DNA of 57,531 bases, counting the filler, from Sphacelaria rigidula (taxonomy: Eukaryota): the NCBI GenBank assembly GCA_964200075.2. It is 5 parts of 5 records of this genome, joined end to end, with 100 filler letters (N's around TTAATTAATTAA, not from the genome) between each part and the next. Parts side by side here need not be neighbours in the genome. Positions count along the whole stretch, not along the records: positions 11,533 to 22,958 come from CAXNAA020004931.1; positions 23,059 to 34,484 come from CAXNAA020004932.1; 3 more parts are not named here. The stretch is one strand, 5' to 3'. Numbering within the stretch: position 1 is the stretch's first letter; every line of letters begins with the position of its first letter. The position numbers and the translations under genes are program-made. Of this stretch, positions 12,125 to 24,486 are shown piece by piece. A model generated the notes under the pieces. The model searched no databases and had not been told where the DNA came from. It was given only the letters and a program-made list of their open reading frames with translations.

Positions 12125-14472
12125 ATACGGCGTCTGTGGGACTTCCAGGCAACGCTACATGGAGGGGAGCAGTCGCTGGACGGGGGTCCGGGATCAATGC
12201 ACCCGTCGGGGTAGCCGCCGGTGCTGGAGCTGGCGGTCGGGGAATGTCCGGAGCCGCGAGCCCCGCTCCGGCGCGACGGTTGCGTGGGCGCGAGGTGGCG
12301 CATGTGCGGGTGCCCACGACGTTGCGGCATCGCATGCAGAGGCTACCTGGTCATGGTGCCGCGGTGGTCCGGCAGTGGGAGCAGGGGCTGACGAAACAGG
12401 TAGCCATATGTGTCTGCATGTGTGTATGCGGGAGTGTGTGTGGCATCATGTTCATGCTTGCTGCAGGCAATGGGTTTGATCAGTGGCTACTGAACTGTGA
12501 CTCGTGCATCTTGTCAAAGATTTCAGGCGCGTAGGTGATTATGGTGATGGGGATAAGGATGATGACGGTGGAGTTGACGTGCTGTGAGCGCTTATGGTTG
12601 ATGTACTGAGTGTGCATTTTGGGCGCTGTGTGCGATTTTGACGGGGCGATGTAGCACTCACCGCTCCCCTACTGAAGCTTGCTCTCAAACGTGGAAGAAA
12701 ATTGCGACAATGTAAACCTCGAGAGTTGAGGTATCTGTTGTTTGCGGTACCCGAAATGCTCAAAGTCAACTCGCAGTAGTAGCGACATGAGTTGTTGTAA
12801 TATAGAGCGTTGAAATATCTCTTCATGTGGTATCCAACACGGCCCGAACGCACGTCAAGTTTTCCCTTTCCCTGATCTACTCAATGCCAATATTTCACAC
12901 ACCCCACGGTGCACGTGACATAACGTAGGAGCGGCTGTTGGAAGGGCGAATGTTTTTCTCGTGCTCCAAAGGGTACCCGTTAATGGTTTCGTCGGTTCTC
13001 CACTACCAGCCAGAAGAAGAGGAAGCGAGGCGGGCACGGCAAAAGTGGATCGACGAGCGAGGAGCCGAAGCCTTCCAAATCCCCCAGAGGTGCGAAACCG
13101 ATAGCGCCCCCCTTCATCGTGAAGAAGCGGCTTTTGCGGCGACTCAACATGTTCTGGCAATTCACACTCATTCCCTTCTCCTTACCCTTCCTTTCGTTTT
13201 GCTTTGTTTCGTCTCTGATTATTGGTGCGGTTTACTCCGTTCGTTCTATCCTCGATCCTCGACCCCTTCCCCCTTCTGGAGAGTCTTCCAGGGAGTGCTG
13301 CCGTTTTGTTAACCTCGGGTCGGTTCATCTCGTGACCACGGCTGGATCCCTTCGGAACCAGTTCATGGGTGGAAGTCGATCAATCAATCAATCAACAGAT
13401 GAAGAACAAACGTTTTCCTCCCTCCAACGAAGCGATCATATCGACGGGAAAAAAATCACGCAAATCACACTCAGACACATAATCCACGAAATGTTGTAGA
13501 GAGCCAGCCCTCTGTGATGTAGTCACAACCGAAAAAATATATATATGCCGCCTCCACAAAACGAATTCAGCCTCCCGTCTCCTCTGCGGCTCGCCCCCTC
13601 CCTCGAGAGTGCGACTATATCGTTTTAACAGCCATGATAGGCAAGACATGGCACACTCCCGCCCCTCCCTCGGCGTCGGTGATTAACTGCGAGCCAGCTC
13701 CAGCGAAAACCCGGTGTGCTCCTTCCCGGCTTGGTAAGGATGCGAGCTCAATGACCCTACGTCTACGGCATGCAAGTTTATAAGCACACCGTGTCCTTGT
13801 TCCGCGTCATTTTGCCAACCCACACACTACAGAGATTGGCGAGGATACAGCTACGCTCATCTCCTACGCCCTTTACAGCACCGGCGAAGCGGTGCAAGTG
13901 GCGGCGGAATAGGCACGAACGGTAACTTAGCAGCCACAACCGCCGCTGCCGCTGCCGCCGAGCTCGGCATGGGCGGTGCCGGCACGACAGTAAGTGGTAC
14001 CGTCGGTGGCATCTCGGGACCTTCGGGGACCGGTGTGTCGGGCGGCGGGACCACGGCTATCCTCGATTGTAGCGATGGAGAGGGGGGTGGGGTGAGCGGG
14101 GGGGATGGGAGCTGCGGGCGGGATGCTGACGGACCAGATACACTCCAATACCGGGCCGGGTTCTTGGATGATCCAGCATTGACGCTGGGGAAGCACCGGC
14201 ATATGACTCGGGGTGATCAAAATACTGGACCTGTGGTGAGCGCGCGTGTTGTGTTGCATGTTTTGTTTGAGAGACAGTGGGAGAGGCAGAAGGAGAGGCA
14301 GAAGGAGCAGCGCGCGTACGCGCTGCTCTTGGTTTTGACGCATTGTGTGCGTGATGGCCGTCCACATCCCCCGAGATATCATTGCGGTTTTTGTCTCTGC
14401 TCAACTTCTTGGTTGATTTGATCGAGTTGAGGGTCTTGGAGTCTGGGGGTCAAAACGAGTATCCTCCAGGAG

Positions 14473-14513
<41 letters not shown>

Positions 14514-14916
14514 TTGTGTGTGTGTTTCCCCCGGTTTGCGATCTGTACGGCTTCCTCGCACAGCTTTGTCGTCCCCATCGCTTCCCGGTAACAACATTCC
14601 GACCACCGTTAACCGTTAACTTCATGTCTCTTGCGTTTTTTTTTTTTCTGTTCGTCTGCTTGTGATATTTTTTCATGCGGCATAAGTTACTTGCTCTCCA
14701 TCCGCCCGCCGGTGGTTTTGCTGTTGTCTTTTTGTTTTTGTGAAAAAAATAAATATGTTCCAGGTGTCTTCGGTACTGCTGTTCGTGAAGCCGCGCGTGC
14801 TGAAGGATGAACTCAACGCACGCTTTCGAGAGAACCACCCGAACCTGCCCCCTTCCCTCACCCTGAGTAAGATCCGCACGGTGAAACGACAGGCCTTGTT
14901 GGGATGCCATCGCGCG
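11813..14916 (+). CDS. CABLES-like (CDK5/ABL1 enzyme substrate, cyclin-box family) protein, internal exons 11813-12399, 12929-13089, 13833-14235, 14764-14916
   Basis: Phase-compatible GT-AG exons. Motifs RMFFSCSKGYPLMVSSVLHY, GYSYAHLL, FLDDPALTLGKHR and VKPRVLKDELNARFRENHP..LTLSKIRTVKR match CABLES signatures. The gene is partial. Confidence 0.85.
13170..13395 (+). mobile_element. LINE/SINE 3' end remnant
   Basis: cctcgggt...gtgaccacggctggatcc...(caat)n tail. Confidence 0.65.
14476..14525. repeat. (TG)n microsatellite
   Basis: Seen directly. Confidence 0.95.
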
Positions 14917-15077
14917 GTAAGCTGCTGCTGCAATACAACTGTGACCTATTTGCCATTTCCGGCTTATTGACTCGATGCCCTGATCTTCATACAGGCCGCC
15001 CTATCCCTAGAACTTCGTCCTGACACCGACGAAAGCAGACCGTGAACTCTCGGGCAGCGAGGGATCCACCCCGACCT

Positions 15078-15620
15078 TGACTGATCGACTGGTTGATTGT
15101 GGCACATGAAGTGATCCTCGAGAAATTCAATTGTGATCATGATCCACATCATAGACGTACCCAAGGTAACAGAACGGAAACGCTCGTTGAAGGAGAGAGA
15201 CTCGGAGGGGAAAATAATGCGATAAATCAGTCGGAGTAGTCTGGGAATGACACGAAGGTTCAAACGAGCAAAAACTAAACTAAACTACACTAGACCAAGC
15301 AGGAACCAAGCAGAGAAGCGGAAGGAAGGCAAAAAAGAGAGCTAGAAGGAAATAGAAGGCCGTGCGCAAAAACAACACATGCATCCATGACAGTGCACAG
15401 AACTGAACGCAAAGGGCGAGGAAGGAGATGATGCTGTAGCCATTGCGGACCATACTATGTGGTATGAGCTCTCACCCGTGAACCCTACGGAAGTACCAAA
15501 CCGCTAGGGCATAACACTGAGAGAAGAGACTCACCGAGAGATTGAGAGAGAACAGAAAAAACAGAGTGGGACAAGAGAAGGCAGCCACGAGACCCAAGAC
15601 GAAGTCGGACATGTACAGGG
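15078..15620 (-). mobile_element. LINE/SINE 3' end remnant
   Basis: Reverse strand gttaccttgggtacgtctatgatgtg...gtgccacaatcaa. Confidence 0.65.
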
Positions 15621-16149
15621 GCGCATCCAACTCCGGTAAAATGCACTGTGACGCGGGCTAATGAGCACTTCGCCCTGCCAACTGCGCTGCCCAGGGTGCC
15701 GTGGTATTTTTCAAAGATCCGTATTTTGAAGGTACCTGCCCCCAAAGTGCAGGCTGTGGTGAACTCTAGCGAGCCTGATACAGTGAAGTCACACGGAAGA
15801 ACCTGCGGAGACGTGAGCATATACTGCAGAGTTTCACTGTTTTGAGTCTCACTGTTCATTTTGTGGGCGGTCTAACTATTCATTTTGTGGCATTTTTTTA
15901 TTTTTTCGTAATTGGCGATTTGCTTGGGCTATTTTCGCTTGCCACTGCTCATCACATAGGGTATCTGAAGATATTTATATTCCCTCCATATTCCAAGTGG
16001 CCAAAGTCAATCATGCTCAATATTGAGTGACTTACGGGCTGACCGGTCATCAAGGATCCTGCCACGTTTCAGCTCAGATTCTTACCCTTCGGCATTTTCG
16101 GTCGATCGAGCATGTCCTGATCATATTTGTGAAGAAATGTGCAGTTTTA

Positions 16150-17100
16150 TTTTTTCGAAATTTTACCTACTCATTGCAATAGAGCCGAAAAACTGTGTTT
16201 CACGGTCAATGACACCCTCCTGATGAACGGGGTATTTACGCGTGTCGCCCGATAACACCAACTGACGCTGACTTGGGTACTGTGTTTTGAGAATGATCTA
16301 TCGAATGTACCAAAATCTACCGTTGCTAGCAATTTCGAGCTCTATCGAAGAGTAGCACGCGAGGAAAATCCCAAAACATTCCTGAATAGTTAGACCGCCC
16401 ATCTCACAGAAAATGGTGCTTTGAGTGTGGATGAGGAAATGGTGCCGTTTTCGACCCGTTTCCCGCGCCCTAGCTGCTGCTCACTGATTGTTTTCAGATG
16501 TCGCCTCCGTACAACATAGTCTACGTCTCTGCGCCAGTCGATGCCAACCTCTAGAATCGGGTACATGTAAATGGATGTATCGGTCCAACGCGAGCTACAA
16601 AGACGTTTCACTTGTCCGGCGTTCCGCCTGTGCTGGCCTTGTTAATGGGTATTGTTTTTGAAGTTATTTATTGTATATAGACTATCCGTTTGGAACGTCT
16701 CCTTCTGTCCTACACTACCGGACCACCCGAATATATATATACATACATACATACATAACTTACGGAATCACAGTTCAATCCTTGTAGCTCGAGCACAGCC
16801 ATTCGTCGTTTCAGAGTTTTTTCACCGTGTTTTTTTTTCCATCTTCTTTCCTGGCTTGCAGCGATGAAATCCGTAGTACAAGCCTGAATTTTGTACCCAC
16901 TCAATCGGGATTTTTTCGCGAATGATTTGCCACCTTAACTCGACAATTTGAGAGTCGATAGTTGTTCGGAAAATGAGTAGTTAGTGCTCAGAGTCGAAAT
17001 ATTCCGGAGTAAAACCCCGTTTACCGAGGGGATGTCATTGATCGTATCTGACAAGAAGGAAATGATTTTTTGCCCGTAAAGCATTGAACATCGACGGGGA
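16150..17100. mobile_element. Diverged inverted-repeat (foldback/MITE-like) element
   Basis: acggtcaatgacaccctcctgatgaacggggtatttac (~16202) is inverted relative to gtaaaaccccgtttaccgaggggatgtcattgatcgt (~17009); outer ends unclear. Confidence 0.45.
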
Positions 17101-18849
17101 AACTCAGGCTCAAAGACATAATTGTTGACTATATCGATCAGAATCGGTTCGGTGGAGAAAAAATACCAGAGTGCGCGAACTGGTGACTCTACGCTCGCAA
17201 GACCCCCAACGACCGGTGCCTGTGAATGTTTGAAAATTGATCGTACTTTCCGTTTTTGTCACCACACCCCGACAATCTCAAGCGCGCGCGGGGGGGGGGG
17301 GTGCATCTGTTCCTTTTAGCTTGCGTTGATTTGCTTTTGTGTTCGAAATCTTTGAAGAAATAAGCGCTATATCTTATGTAAGGAATATATCAGTGACGAG
17401 TACTGAAAAGGCTAGGCTACGTTTGTGACTACCGGTTCGAGAGACTGGGCCATCGCGCGAAAAAATTAAGAAAAAAAAGAAGAACATTAGTTATAGAGTG
17501 GAAGCTAATATCATGTATGTGCGAAGTGATTGCTTTTATGACATGTAAACCGGTGTCAAGGTCAGAACAGGCGCAGGTCCAACCGTGGGCTGTTGGCGAG
17601 GCCCGAAACTCTCATATCTGTACGGCCGAATTCCAGGAACCCTACGATAAGTAACAGATCCAACGGTACAAGCGCTCAACATATCAAGAGCCACTGTGGA
17701 GCCCTGAGGAGTCAGAACAACAACATGAGCTGTTCTGTACCCGGTGCAGGCCGACTTCGAGAGCCTACCACCCAGGCTACGGCCAATCCTTGCCTAATTA
17801 TCAAAGAAGAAAGTCACGCCTTTCACCTTGCGGTTCAACACCGCTCCACATTGGTCATTACCTTGTTCGAAACGATTTCACGTGTACGAAGCAACCGGAG
17901 TGTAGAGTAGAAATAAGGGCGACACCACCCACACACCAAAGGCGATTATGCCAAGCAAGAAAACGCCGCAACAGTACGTGAGGCACGGCGATCAATCAAG
18001 CAGGCCTACCTCTGAAGACGTGGTGACTAGAAATAGCACTCACAGAGATACTGCCCAACCTGCGAATGCACTACCTTATGATACGTCACAAGTCATGGGG
18101 ATGAAAGCGGGTGTAACGGGTAGTCTTGCCGCATCTCACAGCTACTAAATTGAGAGTGCGTGGAACCACCAAGACACTCTAATATTTCACATTCAACAAC
18201 ATGTGAAATGAAGAAGGGGGTGTACAAGTAGCAGCGAATCTGACCCGTACCCAACAATGTATGGAGATAAGGGGGGGTGCAACAAACAGTCGGATAGCAC
18301 TCAGCAGATCGAAAATCAAAAATAGATGTAGCAGACACACCCAAGCATTGTAGATATACCGAGTGCCGGAACGAAATTTTCCAATTCTCAGGTTAGCAGG
18401 CTCGGACAGAACCGCAGTTTTTCCAGTCCAGTGTTACAGCCGCTCCTCCAGTGAGACCATAAAAACAGCCCCACGTTGCGATAGTGGAAGTACAGACCAA
18501 AGTCAAACAGGAACCCAACAGGAGCAACACAGATAAAGAAAGGAGTGCGGTGTATAATGTAGCCTTCCTTCATACTTGGAGATATCCCTAAGCAGCTTTT
18601 GTAATAGCCGTCGAAGAGCGATAAAACAAACACGGATCCCAATCGCTGAGCATAAAGTACAGCTTGTGGAGACTCAAATCATGTTTCATGTTGCGCGGTA
18701 CCCGGAGGGATCGTGACGCTACATCTCATGTTGACGCATGTTCAACCAACCAGCAGAATTAAACGACATGGCTGTAGGCAGCGACCGTTGATTTCGAATC
18801 GAACCTGCCCATAATCAGTCTGAAGTTGATCAGGCCATATCCTAACTTT

Positions 18850-19670
18850 GAAGGTAGCGCCTGGATATATGGACCTGGTTCTTCACAGTTGAAGAAATGC
18901 GGGTAATTTACCGATAAAAAACGGTGGTTTCAGTCGTTTGACCCCCTGGTAGGAGAGCAAACCCTACTAACTCGAAGATATGTTCAAAGCGCTAAGAGCA
19001 GCGCGGGTCGTATATGCTGAAGCCATCGACAGTACAGTCTGGACCAAACAAGCTTCAATTACTGAGACACGCTGCCCGAAGGTAGTATCGAAACAGGAGA
19101 CGATCAAACCGACCAACATCAAACAGTGTCGTTCAGCTCTTGGTACGATAAAGATTAGCTTTGTATTAAATTGCTACCGGACTTGGGGGAGTAATTTTGC
19201 CGTTGGTGAATCTTACAAGAAGAGTCAGCCGAGAAAATGGTGAAAAACGTTGGAAACCTAAACATGACCCAGCCTTCGCAAGACTCAAACGGCTTTTGAT
19301 TAACACTCTGGCATTACACTTGCTAGATTTTTTTCAAGAATTCACCATCCAAGTACATGCTAAGGAAGGGTGCCGGCACGATGCTGCAATCATAGCATAT
19401 TTCAGCCAACGCTTCAACCATGCCCAACGGCATTACTCTGCTGTAAAATACTCGAGAATGACATGCGGTTGTACTAGCAGTACACCAATACACCCCTTTC
19501 TGTGGGGTCGACATTCTATACTTCTTTGAAAGGTCATGCCGCAGAGAGATATCTTTATGAGATGCAGGGCACACAGCAACATGTTGGTCATGTCGGCGAC
19601 AGCACTTTACGACTTCACAGTGCAGCACAAACCGGAAAGTTAAACGACATGTCGGACACTCTGGTCAAAA
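18850..19670 (+). mobile_element. Degenerate Ty3/Gypsy pol (RT end/RNase H) fragment
   Basis: KPTNIKQCRSALG, WKPKHDPAFARLKRLL..LHLLDF..EFTIQV, IAYFSQRFNHAQRHYSA, PFLWGRH; frameshifted. Confidence 0.8.
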
Positions 19671-19742
19671 CGGTTGATTGAAGCCTCCGCAAGTACTCCT
19701 GTGTTCATTACAGTATCCGTATGCCATCGCATGCCAACATTC

Positions 19743-21349
19743 CACACCCTGGACAATACGATATGTTTTCAATATATAGTAGTCCATCATATTGGAATTT
19801 TTCGATATATTGTCGGCGTAATATATATCGGTACCCTTGGACTGCACACGTATTGCGCGCCCAATATATATCGATGTCGTGAGACTGCATACACATTGTT
19901 CCATCAATATAGCAATGTAGGCGAAGGCATATTGCACGTCCAATATATCGTAGGGTCGCATTGGTCAGAACATATCGATCGGTCAATATATATTGGGTCT
20001 GCGTGGGTGCCAATGTATTGGCCGGTCAGTATATACCGGATATTATGAGTATGGTGTACACTTGAAAAAATATCCAGACGCGGTGGATGCCGGAGCCCGT
20101 GCAGATTGGGAAAAGTTTCAAAGGAACATTGCTACGAAGAGTTGTCGAATTCGTTTGATATACATGTAATATATACTGGTCAGAATATATGGTGGCAGAA
20201 GAGGCGACCCGGTATATACGCCTTCTGATACCTATCTGGCCACCGGTACGGGGCCGCCCATCCCCTTCACAGCACGTAATATCTCTTTAGTGAAAACCAC
20301 GACGACGGAAAACGCGGGTCGATATGCGTATTTTGGTACCCCTGTGTCACCGTGGTCACCGGTGCTGTGTTGCTTATACCCTCGACAATGCAATATGTTC
20401 CAGTATGGCACCAATACTTTGTATTGGAAACAGCGCATATTTTGTCTTTTCAATATATGTTGTGCTGAGATGTCCTCGGAGACATTGAAGCAACAACATA
20501 TATTTCCCATGTCGTGATCGTGAAGTAATGCATGACAATGTATGTTTGACAGACATTTGCTTCGGGAACAAAACATTCAATATATATATATTGTGCATGC
20601 CGGTCGTATATGCATTAAAGTGTCAACATATATATAGATATATATATATATATTGAGTCGAAGCTATGGGTAACATATTGTTACCATAACATATATTGAA
20701 CGTAAACAATGCAAAAGCATTGTTTTTCCAACATATATTGCGCACGCTCATCGCATAGCTGTTGTGCAGCCAACATTTATTGAACGCGCTCGGGGAGGAA
20801 TATTTTGAGCGTTTTCGGCATGTGCTGATACATCTTTCATTGGCGCCCTGCAAACATAGAACTGCCCACCATGTTATTTTCAATACTCTCTCCAATCTAC
20901 ATGTTGAAACTCAATACATGTTGCTACACTAATATGGATTGGGACCGCCCCTTCCCTCGTGTATTGTCCGCCCAATATATATTGGACGCATTGACGCACG
21001 ACATATTGGGGCGGCAATATATTCTGGCGCTTCTGGTGTCGAGTATATTGAATTATCAATATATATGTTTTGACCTCGTGTGGCAGCCAATATATTACTC
21101 GACAAGTACATATTAGTGCCTTACCGCACCAACATACTACTCGGCCAATATATATTGAGGTGGCGCGTGTCGTGATGTATTGTTTGATCGGTAAATTTTG
21201 CATGTCGCGAGACTTGACATATTGATGGCACAATATATATTAACCCTCTCCCGTGCCATCATATTGCTCGCCCAATTTATATTGACCACCCGACGCGTCG
21301 AAATATTAAGCGGGCAATATATATTGCATACTGTATTGTCCAGGGTGTG
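19743..21349. mobile_element. Non-autonomous TIR DNA transposon (hAT/P-like), 17-bp perfect TIR, 8-bp TSD
   Basis: CACACCCTGGACAATAC ... GTATTGTCCAGGGTGTG, flanked on both sides by CAACATTC; interior rich in caatatat/atatattg motifs. Confidence 0.9.
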
Positions 21350-21394
21350 CAACATTCCAGCTCAAACGCCATGTCGGAATTTGGGGACTCAACA

Positions 21395-22740
21395 ACAGGC
21401 CGTAAGTCTGTGCGCCAGCCACACATTCGTTTATCTGGAAATGTTCGAACGATGGAAATCCGATCATAGTAGGCCGCGCAGCTGTGGACTCTGCGTGTCC
21501 ACGCAGCAATTTGTGCCGCAGCATCGCTCTAGACCAGTCATGCACGCAGAGGCACACCGAACGGAAATATTTGGAAGCAGCGGAGCTAGTGCTTTTTTTT
21601 GCCTTCAAAATGCGCATCCCCCAGAAGGCGAAGGCTCAATCACACAACGGCTCCCTGCAGTGATGACTTCAGAAAAGGCGGCACGATTTTGAGCCAGGCA
21701 CACGTTTGTTCCGGGAACACCTGCTTGCGCGGACAGGGCGCACTTTTACCACAACAGCCCGCGCACATCTGCCCTCGGCATGTGGATGCAGCAATAATTG
21801 CTGCGGCGTCGTGGTCGAGAAGTCTTGCGCGTTGAGGTACAGAGATAAGAAGGAATTGTAACCGGCGGAAGTGCTGCAGTATATTTTTGAATATGCACAT
21901 GCCACATAAGGCGAAGACGCTATCACACACCGCCTGTACTGTATGAAGAAGCTGGGAACGTTACCGTAGGCCGCGAGATCGAGCGCCAGACACGCTATCT
22001 TTTGGTTGGGGGTGGAATTTGTTTAAACGATGAAAATACGTGCTTACACGGACAGGGCGCACTTCTACCACAGAAACTCGCGCATCTGTGTCCTCTGCAT
22101 GTCGGTGCAGCAATAACAGCTTCAGGATTGTGGTAGATAGGCCAAGCGCGCAGAGGGACGCAACTCGGACAAGACCTGCGTAGCGACATGTGCGGTGTGG
22201 TAAACACCGTGCACATGACACGGGAGAAGACGCGATGATAGAGAGGAAATCTGAAATTGGGGACCGAACACTTGGCAGCACGATTGTGCGGGAGACATAT
22301 ACTCTATTTTGGTGCAGATTTTGTCGAAACGATAGGGACACCCGCTCGCACAGGCAGGGCGCATTCGTGTCACTGCACCGCACGCATCTGCGTCTTCTGC
22401 ATGTCCATGCAGCAGGAGGAGCAGCGGCATCGTCGGGGAAAACTCATGTACGCAGAGGCACACAGGTTGGCAGCAATTTACACTCTCATAAGTGCTCGTG
22501 TAATTTTGAAATTATTGACTAGCCACAGGAAGCCAAGACTCTTCGATACAGGGCCTGTGTGACGTCAGAGATATTACAGTTGGCCGCGCGATGGTGCGGG
22601 AAGCACATGTTATTTGGAAGCAAGAAATCTTCAGACGATCCAAACACGCGGTTACACGGACAGGGTACACTTGGATGGCGGCACGCCACACATCGTTGTC
22701 CTGTGTGTCTCCGTGCACGCACACGACGCTGCAGCGTCAC
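21395..22740 (-). repeat. ~300-bp diverged tandem repeat, about 5 units, with a Cys-rich reading frame
   Basis: ggacagggcgcactt-like core at ~21731, 22051, 22353, 22658; partial unit at ~21400-21560. Confidence 0.75.
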
Positions 22741-24019
22741 GGTAGAGTCAACGAGGAATTTACATCATTTGTTATTCTTGCAAGGTACAAGCGCTACACC
22801 ACTTGACGCACTTCACAGCTTCACTCGTCAACATCCAAAATTGGCGTGTTATTTGCACTTCAAGAGAGTGTACATAATGCCGATTCACCAAATAGCAACA
22901 AATTGTGCGAATTGAGGTTTAACTCCGAGATGATGTTCAAGCCTAAAACAGTGCTTTCNNNNNNNNNNNNNNNNNNNNNNNNNNNNNNNNNNNNNNNNNN
23001 NNTTAATTAATTAANNNNNNNNNNNNNNNNNNNNNNNNNNNNNNNNNNNNNNNNNNNNGATGACAGCCTCCAATGAGTTGCTCTTTTTTCTAGTATCACC
23101 TCTTCCCGAAACAGCCACAGCTTATACACTGCCTCATGGGTGCCTGGAGGGGGGGGTGTACTCGTGATCTTGCATACAGTAGCCATATGACCTACCACTG
23201 ACATATGGCGGGGGGAATGATGAGAGAAGTTGGTTGCAAATTATCCAGAACCGGCTTGTTGTCGAATTCTGTTCGTGGCAATGACAACACCACTTCAACT
23301 TTTCCTGCCTTGAAAGGAAGGGGATCACGGTGGTCGCGGAAATATACTGATAACACCTTTGTGTTTCTGGGGACTGGTCAACCGCTGAAAACCTTTCCTA
23401 TCAACACTGACTGTGGCAGCACGCCGGTGGTGTCCTGAGGCAAGAACGGTGGCCCAGTGTGTGTCGAATATTTTCCTTTTCTGCTCTCAGTCAAAACGTC
23501 CCATGACACTGCACAAACTTTCCATCTATCTGTTTTTACATACTACTAGCAGGAGTTGCTCAGCTACATACATCCTGTTTTCATGTCGCGTATCCGCACT
23601 CTGAAGTCAGTAGACGCCGTGCAGTAGGTCGGCGTTCATCTTCATAGGTGGCATGTTATCTCGAACTCCAGTGTCTAGGAAAACATATCTTCACACTGAT
23701 ATTTACGTGCGAGAAAGGGAAGGATACGAATGTATGATTCGCCAACACTCTATTGCCCCGGGTGAATGTTTCCCGCTCACATCCGAACCACCATGGCTTA
23801 TTGCTTATCGATCAAGGTGTAGCTCGAGGCCAATTTTATGAAGACTTCACAAACGAAGTTCTGCTCAACATCAACCAGAGCAACCGATACTACATAAGGT
23901 GCCCTTCCGGCAGATGCTGCTAGATGGTAGAGCTTTGCGCTAGAAATTAATCATGGTTTACCATTATCAAGGTTGTGAGGCTGAAACGCTCAGGACATTG
24001 TCTGTCTAGAGTCATGGTA

Positions 24020-24250
24020 CGACGGGGGGGGAGTCAATTCCACGAAAAATAGGGATCATAGGTGTGTCACACGACCTAGCACACTCGCGGTGCGCTTGTA
24101 TTTGGGCGAAAAGGGTGTCAAGCAGTATGAATAAGTGTTATCTATCGGTGACAAGCGCATCCGAACAACCATAGTTGACTTAAACGATGATTTGACGTGG
24201 AATTTCGAGGGAGAAATGGCCCAAAATACCCCCCCTCCCCCTCCTATCGC
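24020..24250. repeat. Interspersed repeat (also 31125-31330 inverted and 51290-51450)
   Basis: Shared cacactcgcggtgcgcttgtatttgggcgaaaagggtgtcaagcagtatgaat core. Confidence 0.8.
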
Positions 24251-24486
24251 AGTATTACTCTCCACTGCTCCCCCGGCAAAAGCCGTCGCGACGCTCCTAC
24301 CATGTTCTGCCGCTCATTAAACTCGTCCACGCCGCGAAGAACAATTTTCTTGACGCTTCTCGCTATTCATGGTCCAAACCTCTCTCGTGTTACGCAAGAA
24401 ACGCTCAACAGACGTTGCTAGGGAGCAACGGAAGCCTCAAACCAATAAATGGCTGCAAAAAAACATGTATTTTATCGCATTTTCAC

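Noticed and set aside
11757-12335. 192-aa antisense ORF
   Set aside because: Shadow of a GC-rich CABLES-like exon.
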